Source: Candidatus Dormiibacterota bacterium (GTDB lineage: Bacteria; Chloroflexota; Dormibacteria; Aeolococcales; Aeolococcaceae). Taken from it: 64,000 nt of DNA. Under the pieces are notes generated by a model. The model saw nothing but the letters and a program-made list of their open reading frames with translations, was not told the origin of the DNA and did not search any database. Both the position numbers and the translations under genes were made by a program. Location: assembly GCA_963830305.1 (NCBI GenBank), contig CAWHLW010000004.1, positions 73,867 through 137,866 on the forward strand, read 5' to 3'. Positions 11,137 through 19,788 of this stretch are shown here, one piece after another (the first letter of the stretch is position 1; each line of letters begins with the position of its first letter).

Positions 11137-12798
11137 TTGACGAAGGAGAAGGCTCGCAGGACGGCCGCCAAGGTGGCGCCCGCCTCGAAGGTGATGCCCG
11201 ATGACGCCCATCACGGCGACATCCGCGGCGCCTTCGGAACCATCGGCGAGCACGATCCCACCGGTGCACGGACGTTGCGCCGCAGGCTGCTTGCGTTTGC
11301 GGCGATCATCGGTCCGGGCCTGATCGTGATGGTGGGGGACAACGACGCAGGCGGCGTCTCAACGTACGCGGCCGCTGGACAGGACTACGGAACAAGCCTG
11401 CTCTGGACGTTGCTCCTGCTCATTCCCGTGCTCATCGTCAATCAGGAGATGGTGGTGCGCCTCGGTGCGGTGTCCGGCGTTGGACATGGGCGGCTCATCT
11501 TCGAGCGGTTCGGCAAGGTCTGGGGCCGCTTCGCGGTGAGCGATCTCTTCGTCCTCAACTTCCTCACGATCGCAACCGAGTTCATCGGGATATCGCTGGG
11601 CGCCCAGTACTTCGGCGTTCCCGCGTGGGTTGCGGTGCCGCTCGCCGGACTCCTGCTCGTCGGCATCACCGTCACCGGTCGCTTCGAGACGTGGGAGCGG
11701 CTGATGTTCGTCATCCTCTTCGGCAATCTGCTGTGCATCCCGCTCATGTTTCTCTGCCACCCAACGCTGGGTCCAGTGCTCGAGCACTTCGTCGTCCCCG
11801 GTGTGCAGGGTGGCTTCAAGTCCGATGGGGTGCTGCTCATCGTCGCCATCGTCGGAACCACCATCACGCCGTGGCAGCTGTTCTTCCAGCAGTCCAACGT
11901 CGTCGACAAGCGCATCACGCCTCGCTGGATTCCGTACGAGCGCGCCGATACCGTGATGGGTGCCCTGATCGTCGTCATCGGCGCGAGCGCGATCATGATT
12001 GCCACGGCGTTCGCCTTCAGTCACAACGGTACCGGGGCGGGGAACGTGAATGCCTTCACCAATACGCACGACCTCGCCGACGAGCTGACGTCGCACATCG
12101 GCCCGGCGGTCGGCGCGATCTTCTCCATCCTCCTCATCGATGCATCCATCGTCGGAGCGAGCGCGGTGACGCTCTCCACCTCGTACGCATTCGGCGATAC
12201 GTTCGGCATCAGAAACTCGCTGCACAGGTCCTGGCGCGAGGCGCGGCAGTTCTACGCGATGTTCACTGGACTCGTGGTTCTGGCGGCTGCGTTCGTCCTG
12301 ATCCCGGGTATCCCACTCGGTCTGGTGACGACCGCGGTGCAGGCTCTCGCGGGCGTGATGCTGCCGAGCGCGTGTCTGTTCGTCCTGTTCCTGTGCAACG
12401 ACCGAGACGTGCTCGGTCCCTGGGTGAACAAGCCCTGGTTCAACCTGCTTGCGTCGCTGATCCTTGGCGTGCTGCTGATCCTCTCGGTCATCCTCGTGGT
12501 GTCGACGATCTTCCCGGCGATCGACGTCGCGCGACTGTTCCTGATCCTCACCGCAGTCATGGTGATCGGATTGGCGTTCGCGATCGCGATCAACATCCGA
12601 GCTCGCAGGGCGATGCCGCCGGATCCGCGGATGCAGGAAGATCGCGAGACCTGGCGGATGCCGTCACTCGCCTTGCTGAGTCAGCCCGTGAAGTCGCGCG
12701 GCCGATTGATCGCGTTGTGCACGGTGCGCGGCTATGCGATCGTCGCGATGGTGAGCCTGCTGATCAAGACGATCCTCACAGCCCGGGGCAGTCACTAG
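11137..12798 (+). CDS. NRAMP(SLC11)-family transporter with a non-canonical metal site (NRMT-like, tentative)
   Basis: 553-aa protein with 11-12 TM segments and NRAMP-like TM1/TM6 regions. It reads DAGG (11344-11355) instead of DPGN and GTTITPW (11854-11874) instead of GAxxMPH. GGGAGG SD upstream. Confidence 0.8.
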   Translation: MTKEKARRTAAKVAPASKVMPDDAHHGDIRGAFGTIGEHDPTGARTLRRRLLAFAAIIGPGLIVMVGDNDAGGVSTYAAAGQDYGTSLLWTLLLLIPVLIVNQEMVVRLGAVSGVGHGRLIFERFGKVWGRFAVSDLFVLNFLTIATEFIGISLGAQYFGVPAWVAVPLAGLLLVGITVTGRFETWERLMFVILFGNLLCIPLMFLCHPTLGPVLEHFVVPGVQGGFKSDGVLLIVAIVGTTITPWQLFFQQSNVVDKRITPRWIPYERADTVMGALIVVIGASAIMIATAFAFSHNGTGAGNVNAFTNTHDLADELTSHIGPAVGAIFSILLIDASIVGASAVTLSTSYAFGDTFGIRNSLHRSWREARQFYAMFTGLVVLAAAFVLIPGIPLGLVTTAVQALAGVMLPSACLFVLFLCNDRDVLGPWVNKPWFNLLASLILGVLLILSVILVVSTIFPAIDVARLFLILTAVMVIGLAFAIAINIRARRAMPPDPRMQEDRETWRMPSLALLSQPVKSRGRLIALCTVRGYAIVAMVSLLIKTILTARGSH

Positions 12799-13254
12799 CC
12801 GGCGATTGCGACATCCTCGAAGGGCGTGACGCATGGGCGGCCGGGCGCATGCTCGTACACGACCTGCCCGCCGCCCGCGATGACAGTGGATGCTGACACC
12901 GTGCCGTAGACGTCGCCGTGGATGCACGCTGCGTCGACCGGCGAGTCCGTCGCCGATGTGTTGTCGGCGAGCATTGCCTTCAATCCGGCGATGGTGACGC
13001 GCGGATCGGCACCGGCCGCCAGCACGCGATCCATCCCGGCGCGCAGCATCGCCACCTTCGCGCTTCGGGAGTCGTCGACGTCGCGAGTTGTCAGCACGTG
13101 CGGGCCGGGCGCGAGCTCAACGACACGCACGGGACCGGAGTCGTCCACATGGGCCACCAGCGCTCGGTTCCCGTCCACCCAGAGCACATTGACCGGGTTG
13201 TAGCGGGCATGGCCGAGGCCGGCAAGCCGGCTCCGGATGTCCTTACGGTCTCCG
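12777..13254. repeat. Copy A of a 478-bp direct duplication (last ~20 nt of the NRAMP gene plus the 3' ~460 nt of the NRDE gene)
   Basis: Identical to 13400-13877 at a 623-nt offset, except for two C/T differences (12947 vs 13570, 13073 vs 13696). Confidence 0.95.
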
Positions 13255-13399
13255 CTAGAGGGGAGGGGGGGGGGTGGTGTGGTTTTGTGGTGTTTGTGTT
13301 TTGGGTGGGTGGGTGTGGTGTGTTGGTGGGGGGTGTGGGGTGTGTGGGGTGTGTGTGTGGTGGTGTGGGGGGGGGGGGGGGGGGGTGTGGAGGACTGCG
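13255..13399. repeat. 145-nt tract made almost only of G and T (poly-G runs and GT/GGT/GGGT units) separating the two duplicate copies
   Basis: Direct reading shows runs of 9 to more than 20 G and irregular TG1-3-like units. No coding potential apart from artefactual P/T/H or G/V/W ORFs. Confidence 0.9.
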
Positions 13400-13877
13400 C
13401 GCAGCGCGGGGCAGTCACTAGCCGGCGATTGCGACATCCTCGAAGGGCGTGACGCATGGGCGGCCGGGCGCATGCTCGTACACGACCTGCCCGCCGCCCG
13501 CGATGACAGTGGATGCTGACACCGTGCCGTAGACGTCGCCGTGGATGCACGCTGCGTCGACCGGCGAGTTCGTCGCCGATGTGTTGTCGGCGAGCATTGC
13601 CTTCAATCCGGCGATGGTGACGCGCGGATCGGCACCGGCCGCCAGCACGCGATCCATCCCGGCGCGCAGCATCGCCACCTTCGCGCTTCGGGAGTTGTCG
13701 ACGTCGCGAGTTGTCAGCACGTGCGGGCCGGGCGCGAGCTCAACGACACGCACGGGACCGGAGTCGTCCACATGGGCCACCAGCGCTCGGTTCCCGTCCA
13801 CCCAGAGCACATTGACCGGGTTGTAGCGGGCATGGCCGAGGCCGGCAAGCCGGCTCCGGATGTCCTTACGGTCTCCG
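13400..13877. repeat. Copy B of the 478-bp direct duplication, contiguous with the rest of the NRDE gene
   Basis: See copy A. This copy continues in frame into 13878-14161. Confidence 0.95.
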
Positions 13878-14161
13878 TTCAGCAGGGCGACCGGGATCTC
13901 TCCACGAGAGCGGCGCGTGGGGTCGGGCGCAACCGGTGGGCCTTCCCCCGGATGCCGGTTGGTCACCGCGCAAACCGCGCCGTCCGCCGCGACCGCGAGC
14001 CAGGTCCCGCCGGCGACCAGGTCGCGCCCCCCGAGGATCAGCGGGTTCTCGCTGAGCACACCGGGTGGCGCGCTCGGGCGAGCGATCAGCTCATCGCGAT
14101 TCGCCGCGAGCACGATCGGCGCCGTGGGGTGGGATCTCCAGGCCAGGAGGATCGTGCACAC
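13418..14161 (-). CDS. NRDE-family (TANGO2-like) protein
   Basis: A GTG start at 14161 gives (M)CTILLAW with the N-terminal Cys and the ANRDE motif (VLAANRDELIARP) typical of the family. The stop shares the ctag palindrome with the duplicated NRAMP stop. Confidence 0.75.
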   Translation of the reverse strand: MCTILLAWRSHPTAPIVLAANRDELIARPSAPPGVLSENPLILGGRDLVAGGTWLAVAADGAVCAVTNRHPGEGPPVAPDPTRRSRGEIPVALLNGDRKDIRSRLAGLGHARYNPVNVLWVDGNRALVAHVDDSGPVRVVELAPGPHVLTTRDVDNSRSAKVAMLRAGMDRVLAAGADPRVTIAGLKAMLADNTSATNSPVDAACIHGDVYGTVSASTVIAGGGQVVYEHAPGRPCVTPFEDVAIAG

Positions 14162-14287
14162 CGGCCGAATCGTATGCGGACTGCCAACGCTGGTGTGACC
14201 GCTGTGAACACGGCCTCGCGACGCCGTGACGACCCGCCGACTTCCATCTCGGTTGGCGGGTATTAAGACCACAGTTGGAACACGTCA

Positions 14288-14989
14288 ATGACTGCAAACG
14301 TCATACAAAGGCTCACACCCCGTCGGCGCCCGAGAGGCCGCGCGGCTGTCGCGCTGCTGCCTGGCGTCTTCGCGCTCATGCTCGCCGGGGTGTCCGGCGT
14401 GGCGGCCGCAACCACTCCCGCGCCGTCGCCGACGGCGACGCCGACATGAGCGACGCCGACGCCGACGCCGACGCCAAGGGTCTGCCACCACGGCTCGAAC
14501 GCCCAGGGCTGCTGCTCGAGAAAGAACCCGTGCTCCACGCCAACCCCCACGCTGACCCCGACTCCTAGTCCGTCGGGCGGCCCCAACGGAGGCTCGACGC
14601 CGACCCCAACCGCCGCACCGACAAGCACTCCCGCGCCAACCCACAACCCCTCGCCGACCCCCACCCCCAAGCCCGTGTCCTCCGGAGGATCAGCGGGCAG
14701 CCACAACGGCAGCAGCGGTGGCGCCACCGGCGACGTCGATGCCACGCACACCCAGGCAGCGGCGGTGCCGACACCGTTCGCGCCGCTCACGACCGCGGTG
14801 ACGGCGGTGACCTCGGGTCAGGGTCTCGACGCCGCCCGGATCCCGCCCGTCGAAGCACTCACGCCGCTGAGCGGGCTCGACTTCGGCAGTGGCCTGAACG
14901 TCGGACCGGTCCTGCTCCTGATCGACCTGATCGGGATCGGCATGCTCTTTTACCTCGTGCGCACCCGCTGGCTCGCCGCCGAGGACTGA
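14288..14989 (+). pseudogene. Secreted Pro/Thr-rich protein with a C-terminal TM anchor, interrupted by an in-frame TGA at 14447-14449
   Basis: The ATG at 14288 gives a signal peptide (RRRPRGRAAVALLPGVFALMLAGVSGVAAA). The same frame continues as PT repeats on both sides of the TGA and ends with GPVLLLIDLIGIGMLFYLVRTRW. Confidence 0.6.
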
Positions 14990-15744
14990 GCCACCACAAC
15001 GGGCCCCGCGCCCTCGCCGATCCCCACCAACCCTCGACCGATCGCCGCCGCGGTGACCGCCGCGGCACGACGAGCCGCGTCGGCAAGTGGCGTTCCCCGA
15101 GCAAGCTCAGCAGTGAGCGTCGCCGAGTGCGTGCACCCGGTGCCATGCGTGGCGGTCCCCTCCACCCACACGATCGGAATCTCGACGTGGTCGCTGCCGT
15201 CGAAGAGCAGGTCTGAGCCTTCGCCCTCGCCACCGGTGATCACCACGGCGCCGGCGCCGCGAGCAACGATCCGTTCGGCGAGCATCCGGCGGTCGCCGTC
15301 CGTTCCGGCAAGAATTCGGGCTTCGGCGAGGTTGGGGGTCACCACGGCCGCCAGGGGCAGGAGCGAGCCGATCAACACCTCAACGGCCTCAGGGTCGAGC
15401 AGCGGCGAACCGGTGCTGGCGCGGAGGACGGGATCGATCACGAGCGGGGTTGGGTGGTCCCTGAGGAAGTCGGCGACGGTGGTGACGATCTCCGCCGAGA
15501 GGAGCGCACCCGTCTTGGCGGCATCAACCCCGATGTCGGCGTAGACGGCCTCGAGTTGCGCCGTGATGATCCACGTGGGAAGTGGGTAGGTGGCCACAAT
15601 CGCGGTCGTGTTCTGTGCGGTGACACCGACGATGGCGGTCATCCCGTGGCACCCGGCCGCGGTGAACGCCTTGAGATCAGCCTGGATCCCGGCGCCACCT
15701 CCGGAATCCGAGGTGGCGATCGACAGGCAACGCGGTGGTGTCAC
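14950..15744 (-). CDS. thiD: Hydroxymethylpyrimidine/phosphomethylpyrimidine kinase
   Basis: 264-aa ORF with SDSGGGAGIQADLK, the DPV motif and GTGCTHSATL, which are typical ThiD motifs. Confidence 0.9.
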   Translation of the reverse strand: MTPPRCLSIATSDSGGGAGIQADLKAFTAAGCHGMTAIVGVTAQNTTAIVATYPLPTWIITAQLEAVYADIGVDAAKTGALLSAEIVTTVADFLRDHPTPLVIDPVLRASTGSPLLDPEAVEVLIGSLLPLAAVVTPNLAEARILAGTDGDRRMLAERIVARGAGAVVITGGEGEGSDLLFDGSDHVEIPIVWVEGTATHGTGCTHSATLTAELARGTPLADAARRAAAVTAAAIGRGLVGIGEGAGPVVVAQSSAASQRVRTR

Positions 15745-15775
15745 CCGCCCATCGTAGATGCCGAAGCGACTCGCC

Positions 15776-17626
15776 TCAGACGGCGATGTGGGCCGGCTCG
15801 GGAGTCCGCGCGATCACCGGGGTCCGGGCGGCCTCGTCGAAGACGACAAAGCGGTTCTTTCCCTGGCGCTTGGCGAGGTACATGGCCATGTCGGCGCGGC
15901 GCATCAACTCCTCTGGCTCGGGAGCGTCCGCTGCGTCCTCGACGACGGCGACACCAACGCTCGCGCCGATGGTGATCATGGCGTCGCCCATCGGGATCGG
16001 CCGCCGCAACGTTTCGATGATCCGGCCGGCCACCACCGCCGCATCGCTGAAATGGCGCATGCCGTCGAGGAGCATGCCGAACTCGTCGCCGCCGAGGCGC
16101 GCGGCAAGGTCGAGCTTGCGCACCTGCACGCGAAGTCGTGCGGCGACCGCGCTGAGCACGCGGTCGCCAACGGCATGACCGAACGTGTCATTGATCTCTT
16201 TGAACCCGTCGAGGTCGATGAACATCACCGCGACGGGTCGCTTCGAAGTCGTGAGCTGCGACAGCGACGTTGCCACCGTCTCGATGAACAACGAGCGGTT
16301 CGCGATCTGGGTCAGCGGGTCGTAGAAGGCGCGGCGCGCGAGCTCCGCCTTCTCGACCGACATCGCCTTGATCGCCTCGGCGAGCTGGCCGTTCTCGAGG
16401 GCGACGCTGATGAGCCCGGCAACCGTGCTCAGCAGGTTCTGCTCATGGGTTCCGAACTTGACGCCGCGCGTTGGGTTGAGCAGCAAGAGCATGCCCTGGG
16501 GACCCTCGAGCCCGCGCAGCACCACCACCGTTCCGGCAGTTGCCGAGCGTTCCGCGAGCGCCAGTCCGAGCGACTGATCCCTGGCCACCGATCCGGTCAG
16601 GATCGCGCTCGTTCGCAGTTCGTTGAGCACCTCCTGTTCGGCGAAGGTCAGATCCGAGGTGCTCGCCTGCGCCTCGTCGTCGTCACCGGAGGAGTTGAAT
16701 CGAACCGCCGGCCCGCGCACCTCCGGGATGACCACGAGCTCGGCGCGCTCGACGTCGAACATCTTGGTGATGCCGTTCAGCAGCTCGCCGGCGCGCTCGC
16801 CGACCTGACGTGTCGAATGCAGGATCTCGGTGGTCCGGTACAGGAACTCATTGCGGTCGGCACGACGCTGACTTTCGCCTGCCGCGATCTGGCCCGCGAG
16901 CACGAGCAGCACCGGGGGGACGAGCGCGAAGGCCAGGATCGGGCGTGTCGTCAGGATGATCAGCGCGACAACTCCGAGTGAGGCGTTGGTGGTGGTGGCG
17001 ATCACCTGGAACAGGTACGCGCGCGCGACCTCACCGACGTTCAGCCGTCCCTGCGCGATCGTGGTGCCGAGGTTCAGCGCGAGCGGATACACGAACCAGC
17101 CGGCGACGATCATCGCGGCGGCGAAGGCGGCGATGCTGTGCACCGCAAGCGGATCGGAAGGGATCGGTCCGACGGCGTTGAACACCAGGACGGCCACGCC
17201 GATGTAGACGACGTCGAGGGCGACGTTGGCGAAATCCTTGACCCAGCGGATGCGCCGCTGCCGCGTCCAGCTGGCGAGCAGGACACCGACGACGTAGCAC
17301 CCCAGCAACTGGTGCGGGTCGACGAGGAAGAGGCCGATCGCAACCGGGATCTCGGTGAGCGAGAGCGTCGACACCTCACGGTGGACGCGCACGTGGACGA
17401 AGAGCAGGCTCGTCACGTAGCAGATGGCCAGCTCGGTCCACCAGGGGATTGCCCCCATGAGCGTGACCCGGTGGACGTCACGCAGCGGCAGCAGCCAGAG
17501 CGCAGCGCCGATGACCGCGAGAAAGATGGAGAAGACGACGAGGCGCTGGGGACCGTTGAGCAGGCCGATCCGGGCGCGCGCTCGTGCCATGAGGACCGGT
17601 GGATGCGCCACCGACATCTCACTCAT
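15776..17626 (-). CDS. Membrane-bound sensor diguanylate cyclase (TM region, GAF-like domain, GGDEF)
   Basis: 616 aa. Several N-terminal TM helices and a C-terminal GGDEF domain with RLGGDEFGMLL and a DxLT region (YDPLTQIANR). Confidence 0.85.
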   Translation of the reverse strand: MSEMSVAHPPVLMARARARIGLLNGPQRLVVFSIFLAVIGAALWLLPLRDVHRVTLMGAIPWWTELAICYVTSLLFVHVRVHREVSTLSLTEIPVAIGLFLVDPHQLLGCYVVGVLLASWTRQRRIRWVKDFANVALDVVYIGVAVLVFNAVGPIPSDPLAVHSIAAFAAAMIVAGWFVYPLALNLGTTIAQGRLNVGEVARAYLFQVIATTTNASLGVVALIILTTRPILAFALVPPVLLVLAGQIAAGESQRRADRNEFLYRTTEILHSTRQVGERAGELLNGITKMFDVERAELVVIPEVRGPAVRFNSSGDDDEAQASTSDLTFAEQEVLNELRTSAILTGSVARDQSLGLALAERSATAGTVVVLRGLEGPQGMLLLLNPTRGVKFGTHEQNLLSTVAGLISVALENGQLAEAIKAMSVEKAELARRAFYDPLTQIANRSLFIETVATSLSQLTTSKRPVAVMFIDLDGFKEINDTFGHAVGDRVLSAVAARLRVQVRKLDLAARLGGDEFGMLLDGMRHFSDAAVVAGRIIETLRRPIPMGDAMITIGASVGVAVVEDAADAPEPEELMRRADMAMYLAKRQGKNRFVVFDEAARTPVIARTPEPAHIAV

Positions 17627-17845
17627 GTCACGTCACGACGCGGCTGTCCCCCGAGCATGTGCAAAGACCTCCTGTCAGACCGGCGGTCAGCCCCCCATGA
17701 CCGGCCGCTCGATTGTGTCGCGACATCCCGCCCCTTCCATCCACGGGAGCGTCACATCGTGGTAACGACACCGGAACGGCGATATCAGACATGAGTTCGT
17801 CGCTTGGTCCGCGGGCAGTCCGACGCCGTCACATAGCCTCGACAC

Positions 17846-18331
17846 ATGACCATCACAGACGACCGTTCCACCACCCCGACCCCGCCTGCCCCACCCCCCT
17901 CGTACATCCGCCGGCATCCCATCCTCGCCGCCTTTGGCGTGCTCTCAGGCCTCTCGTTGTTCTCGGCGCTCTGGCCGTTCAGCGCGATCGTGGTCGGCGT
18001 CGCGGTGGCGGGTCACGCGACCGGCCTCGATCGCGCCGCCCTGCATGTCGCGGAACGCGTCGCCGTTCACATCAGGGCGTCGCTGCGCGATCGCGACCAT
18101 CCCGAACCGGAGCCAACAGCGCCGGCGCCCATCGCACCGCAACCGCCCGCAGCGGCCTCGCCGGCTCCACGGCACGAGGCGCATGCTCCCGCGCCGCCGC
18201 CGGCTCCCGCAGCACGGTCGAGCCGTGCTCCGCGCCCTCATGCGCCCGGTGCCCACCGGCATGTGCCCGCTCGCCGTGCGGAGTCAGTGGATCGCGAAGT
18301 CGGCGCGACGCAGGACGGTCCCGGTCTCTGA
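17846..18331 (+). CDS. Hypothetical small membrane protein with a Pro/Ala-rich tail
   Basis: ATG ORF with two hydrophobic segments (ILAAFGVLSGLSLFSALWPFSAIVVGVAVAG). No homology recognised. Confidence 0.4.
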   Translation: MTITDDRSTTPTPPAPPPSYIRRHPILAAFGVLSGLSLFSALWPFSAIVVGVAVAGHATGLDRAALHVAERVAVHIRASLRDRDHPEPEPTAPAPIAPQPPAAASPAPRHEAHAPAPPPAPAARSSRAPRPHAPGAHRHVPARRAESVDREVGATQDGPGL

Positions 18332-18344
18332 GCCTGCGGTCAGA

Positions 18345-19778
18345 TCACCCGAGCCGGGCGCGGGCGTCGCTGAGCCGCTGCAGCGATTTCTCCTTGCCGA
18401 GAAACATCATGGCCTCGATCACCGGGAGCCCCGTGGGCGACCCGAGGACGGCGATGTACAGGACTCGGAACGCGTCGCGCGGCTTCACGCCTCTGGCTTC
18501 GGCCACCGCGCGAAGCCGCTCGAGGAGCGCAGCGTGGTTGTCGAGACCGCCGTCGACGATGGCCCCGATGCAGGCGTCGATCATCGCGATTGCGGTGGCC
18601 TGATCGACCTTCTTCGGAGGGAACTCGACGCTCTCGTCGATCTTGATGTCGCCGAGCAGGGGTGCGCAGAGGCGGGTGGCGTCAGCCAGGGTCACCATCC
18701 GCTCGCGCAGCATGGGGATGAGCTGACGGCGTGTCTCCTTGCTGGTCCCGGGCAGGGGGAACTCGAGCGCCTCGACGAGGTCATCGGTGCTCATGCGCCG
18801 GATGTGGATCCCGTTGAGATCGTCGAGGCGCCTTGGATCGAAGATCGCCGCGGCGGCGTTGACGCGGTCGAGCGTGAAACGCTCGATGAGCTCCTGCGGT
18901 GTGAAGACCTCCTGCCCGTCACCCGACGACCATCCCAGCAGCGCGATGGCGTTGACGATCGCTGACGGCAGGTAGCCGAGCTCCCCGTACTCGAGGACGT
19001 TGCGCGCGCCATGGCGCTTGCTGAGCTTCTGATGGTCGGGCCCGAGCACCGCCGGAACGTGTGCGAAGCGCGGGGGCTCCCACCCGAATGCCGCATACAG
19101 GGCCAGGTGTTTCGGTGTCGACGGGATCCACTCGTCGGAGCGGATGACGTGGCTGATCTCCATGAGGTGATCGTCGACGACGACTGCAAGGTGGTACGTG
19201 GGAAAGCCGTCGCTTTTGAGCAGGACCTGGTCGTCGATGTCCGCATTGTTGAAGCTCACGTGACCGCGGACCAGGTCGTCCCATTCGGACACGCCGTCGG
19301 GCATGCGCAGACGGACCACCGCGGCCATCCCATTCGCGCGTTCAACGGCAACCTCGGCCTGCCGGGTCAGACAGCGCCGGTCGTATCGCGTCGGCTCGGA
19401 GCGGGCGCGCTGCTCCTCGCGCATCGCGGCGAGCCTGGCCGGAGTGCACGTGCACCAGTACGCGTTGCCGTCGGCGACGAGCCTGTCCGCGTGCTCGCGA
19501 TAGACGGCGATGCGCAAGGACTGGATGTACGGATCGTGAGGACCGCCGACCTCGGGACCCTCGTCCCAGTTGAGCCCGAGCCAGCTCAGGGTTTCGAGGA
19601 TGAGCGCCTCGGTGCCTGGGATGTATCGCTCCTGGTCGGTGTCCTCGATTCGGAGGATGAAGTCGCCACCGGCATGCCGCGCCGTGAGCCACGCAAAGAG
19701 GGCGGTTCGAACCGAGCCGAAATGCAGCGCCCCGGTGGGGGAGGGCGCGAAACGGGTGCGAACCCGCGGGCCGGGCAC
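18345..19778 (-). CDS. gltX: Glutamate--tRNA ligase
   Basis: 477 aa. The class-I HIGH region reads APSPTGALHFGSVRTALF, and the KMSKS equivalent reads KLSKRHG. Confidence 0.92.
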   Translation of the reverse strand: MPGPRVRTRFAPSPTGALHFGSVRTALFAWLTARHAGGDFILRIEDTDQERYIPGTEALILETLSWLGLNWDEGPEVGGPHDPYIQSLRIAVYREHADRLVADGNAYWCTCTPARLAAMREEQRARSEPTRYDRRCLTRQAEVAVERANGMAAVVRLRMPDGVSEWDDLVRGHVSFNNADIDDQVLLKSDGFPTYHLAVVVDDHLMEISHVIRSDEWIPSTPKHLALYAAFGWEPPRFAHVPAVLGPDHQKLSKRHGARNVLEYGELGYLPSAIVNAIALLGWSSGDGQEVFTPQELIERFTLDRVNAAAAIFDPRRLDDLNGIHIRRMSTDDLVEALEFPLPGTSKETRRQLIPMLRERMVTLADATRLCAPLLGDIKIDESVEFPPKKVDQATAIAMIDACIGAIVDGGLDNHAALLERLRAVAEARGVKPRDAFRVLYIAVLGSPTGLPVIEAMMFLGKEKSLQRLSDARARLG

Positions 19779-19788
19779 TAGGCCGAAC

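Noticed and set aside
13255-13399. G/T tract as a telomere-like (TG1-3) repeat, CRISPR or microsatellite locus
   Set aside because: There is no regular period, no spacer structure and no linear-replicon context. Its position exactly between two copies of the same sequence fits a sequencing or assembly artefact better.
14447-14449. In-frame TGA as selenocysteine or a reassigned codon
   Set aside because: No SECIS-like hairpin is evident downstream. TGA is used as a normal stop by many genes in the window. The context is a low-complexity PT linker rather than a redox site.
14263-14790. 175-aa Gly/Val-rich ORF on the minus strand
   Set aside because: It is the mirror image of the Pro/Thr repeat (ACN/CCN codons read as GVGV). 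The plus strand has a signal peptide and a TM anchor, so that is the coding strand.
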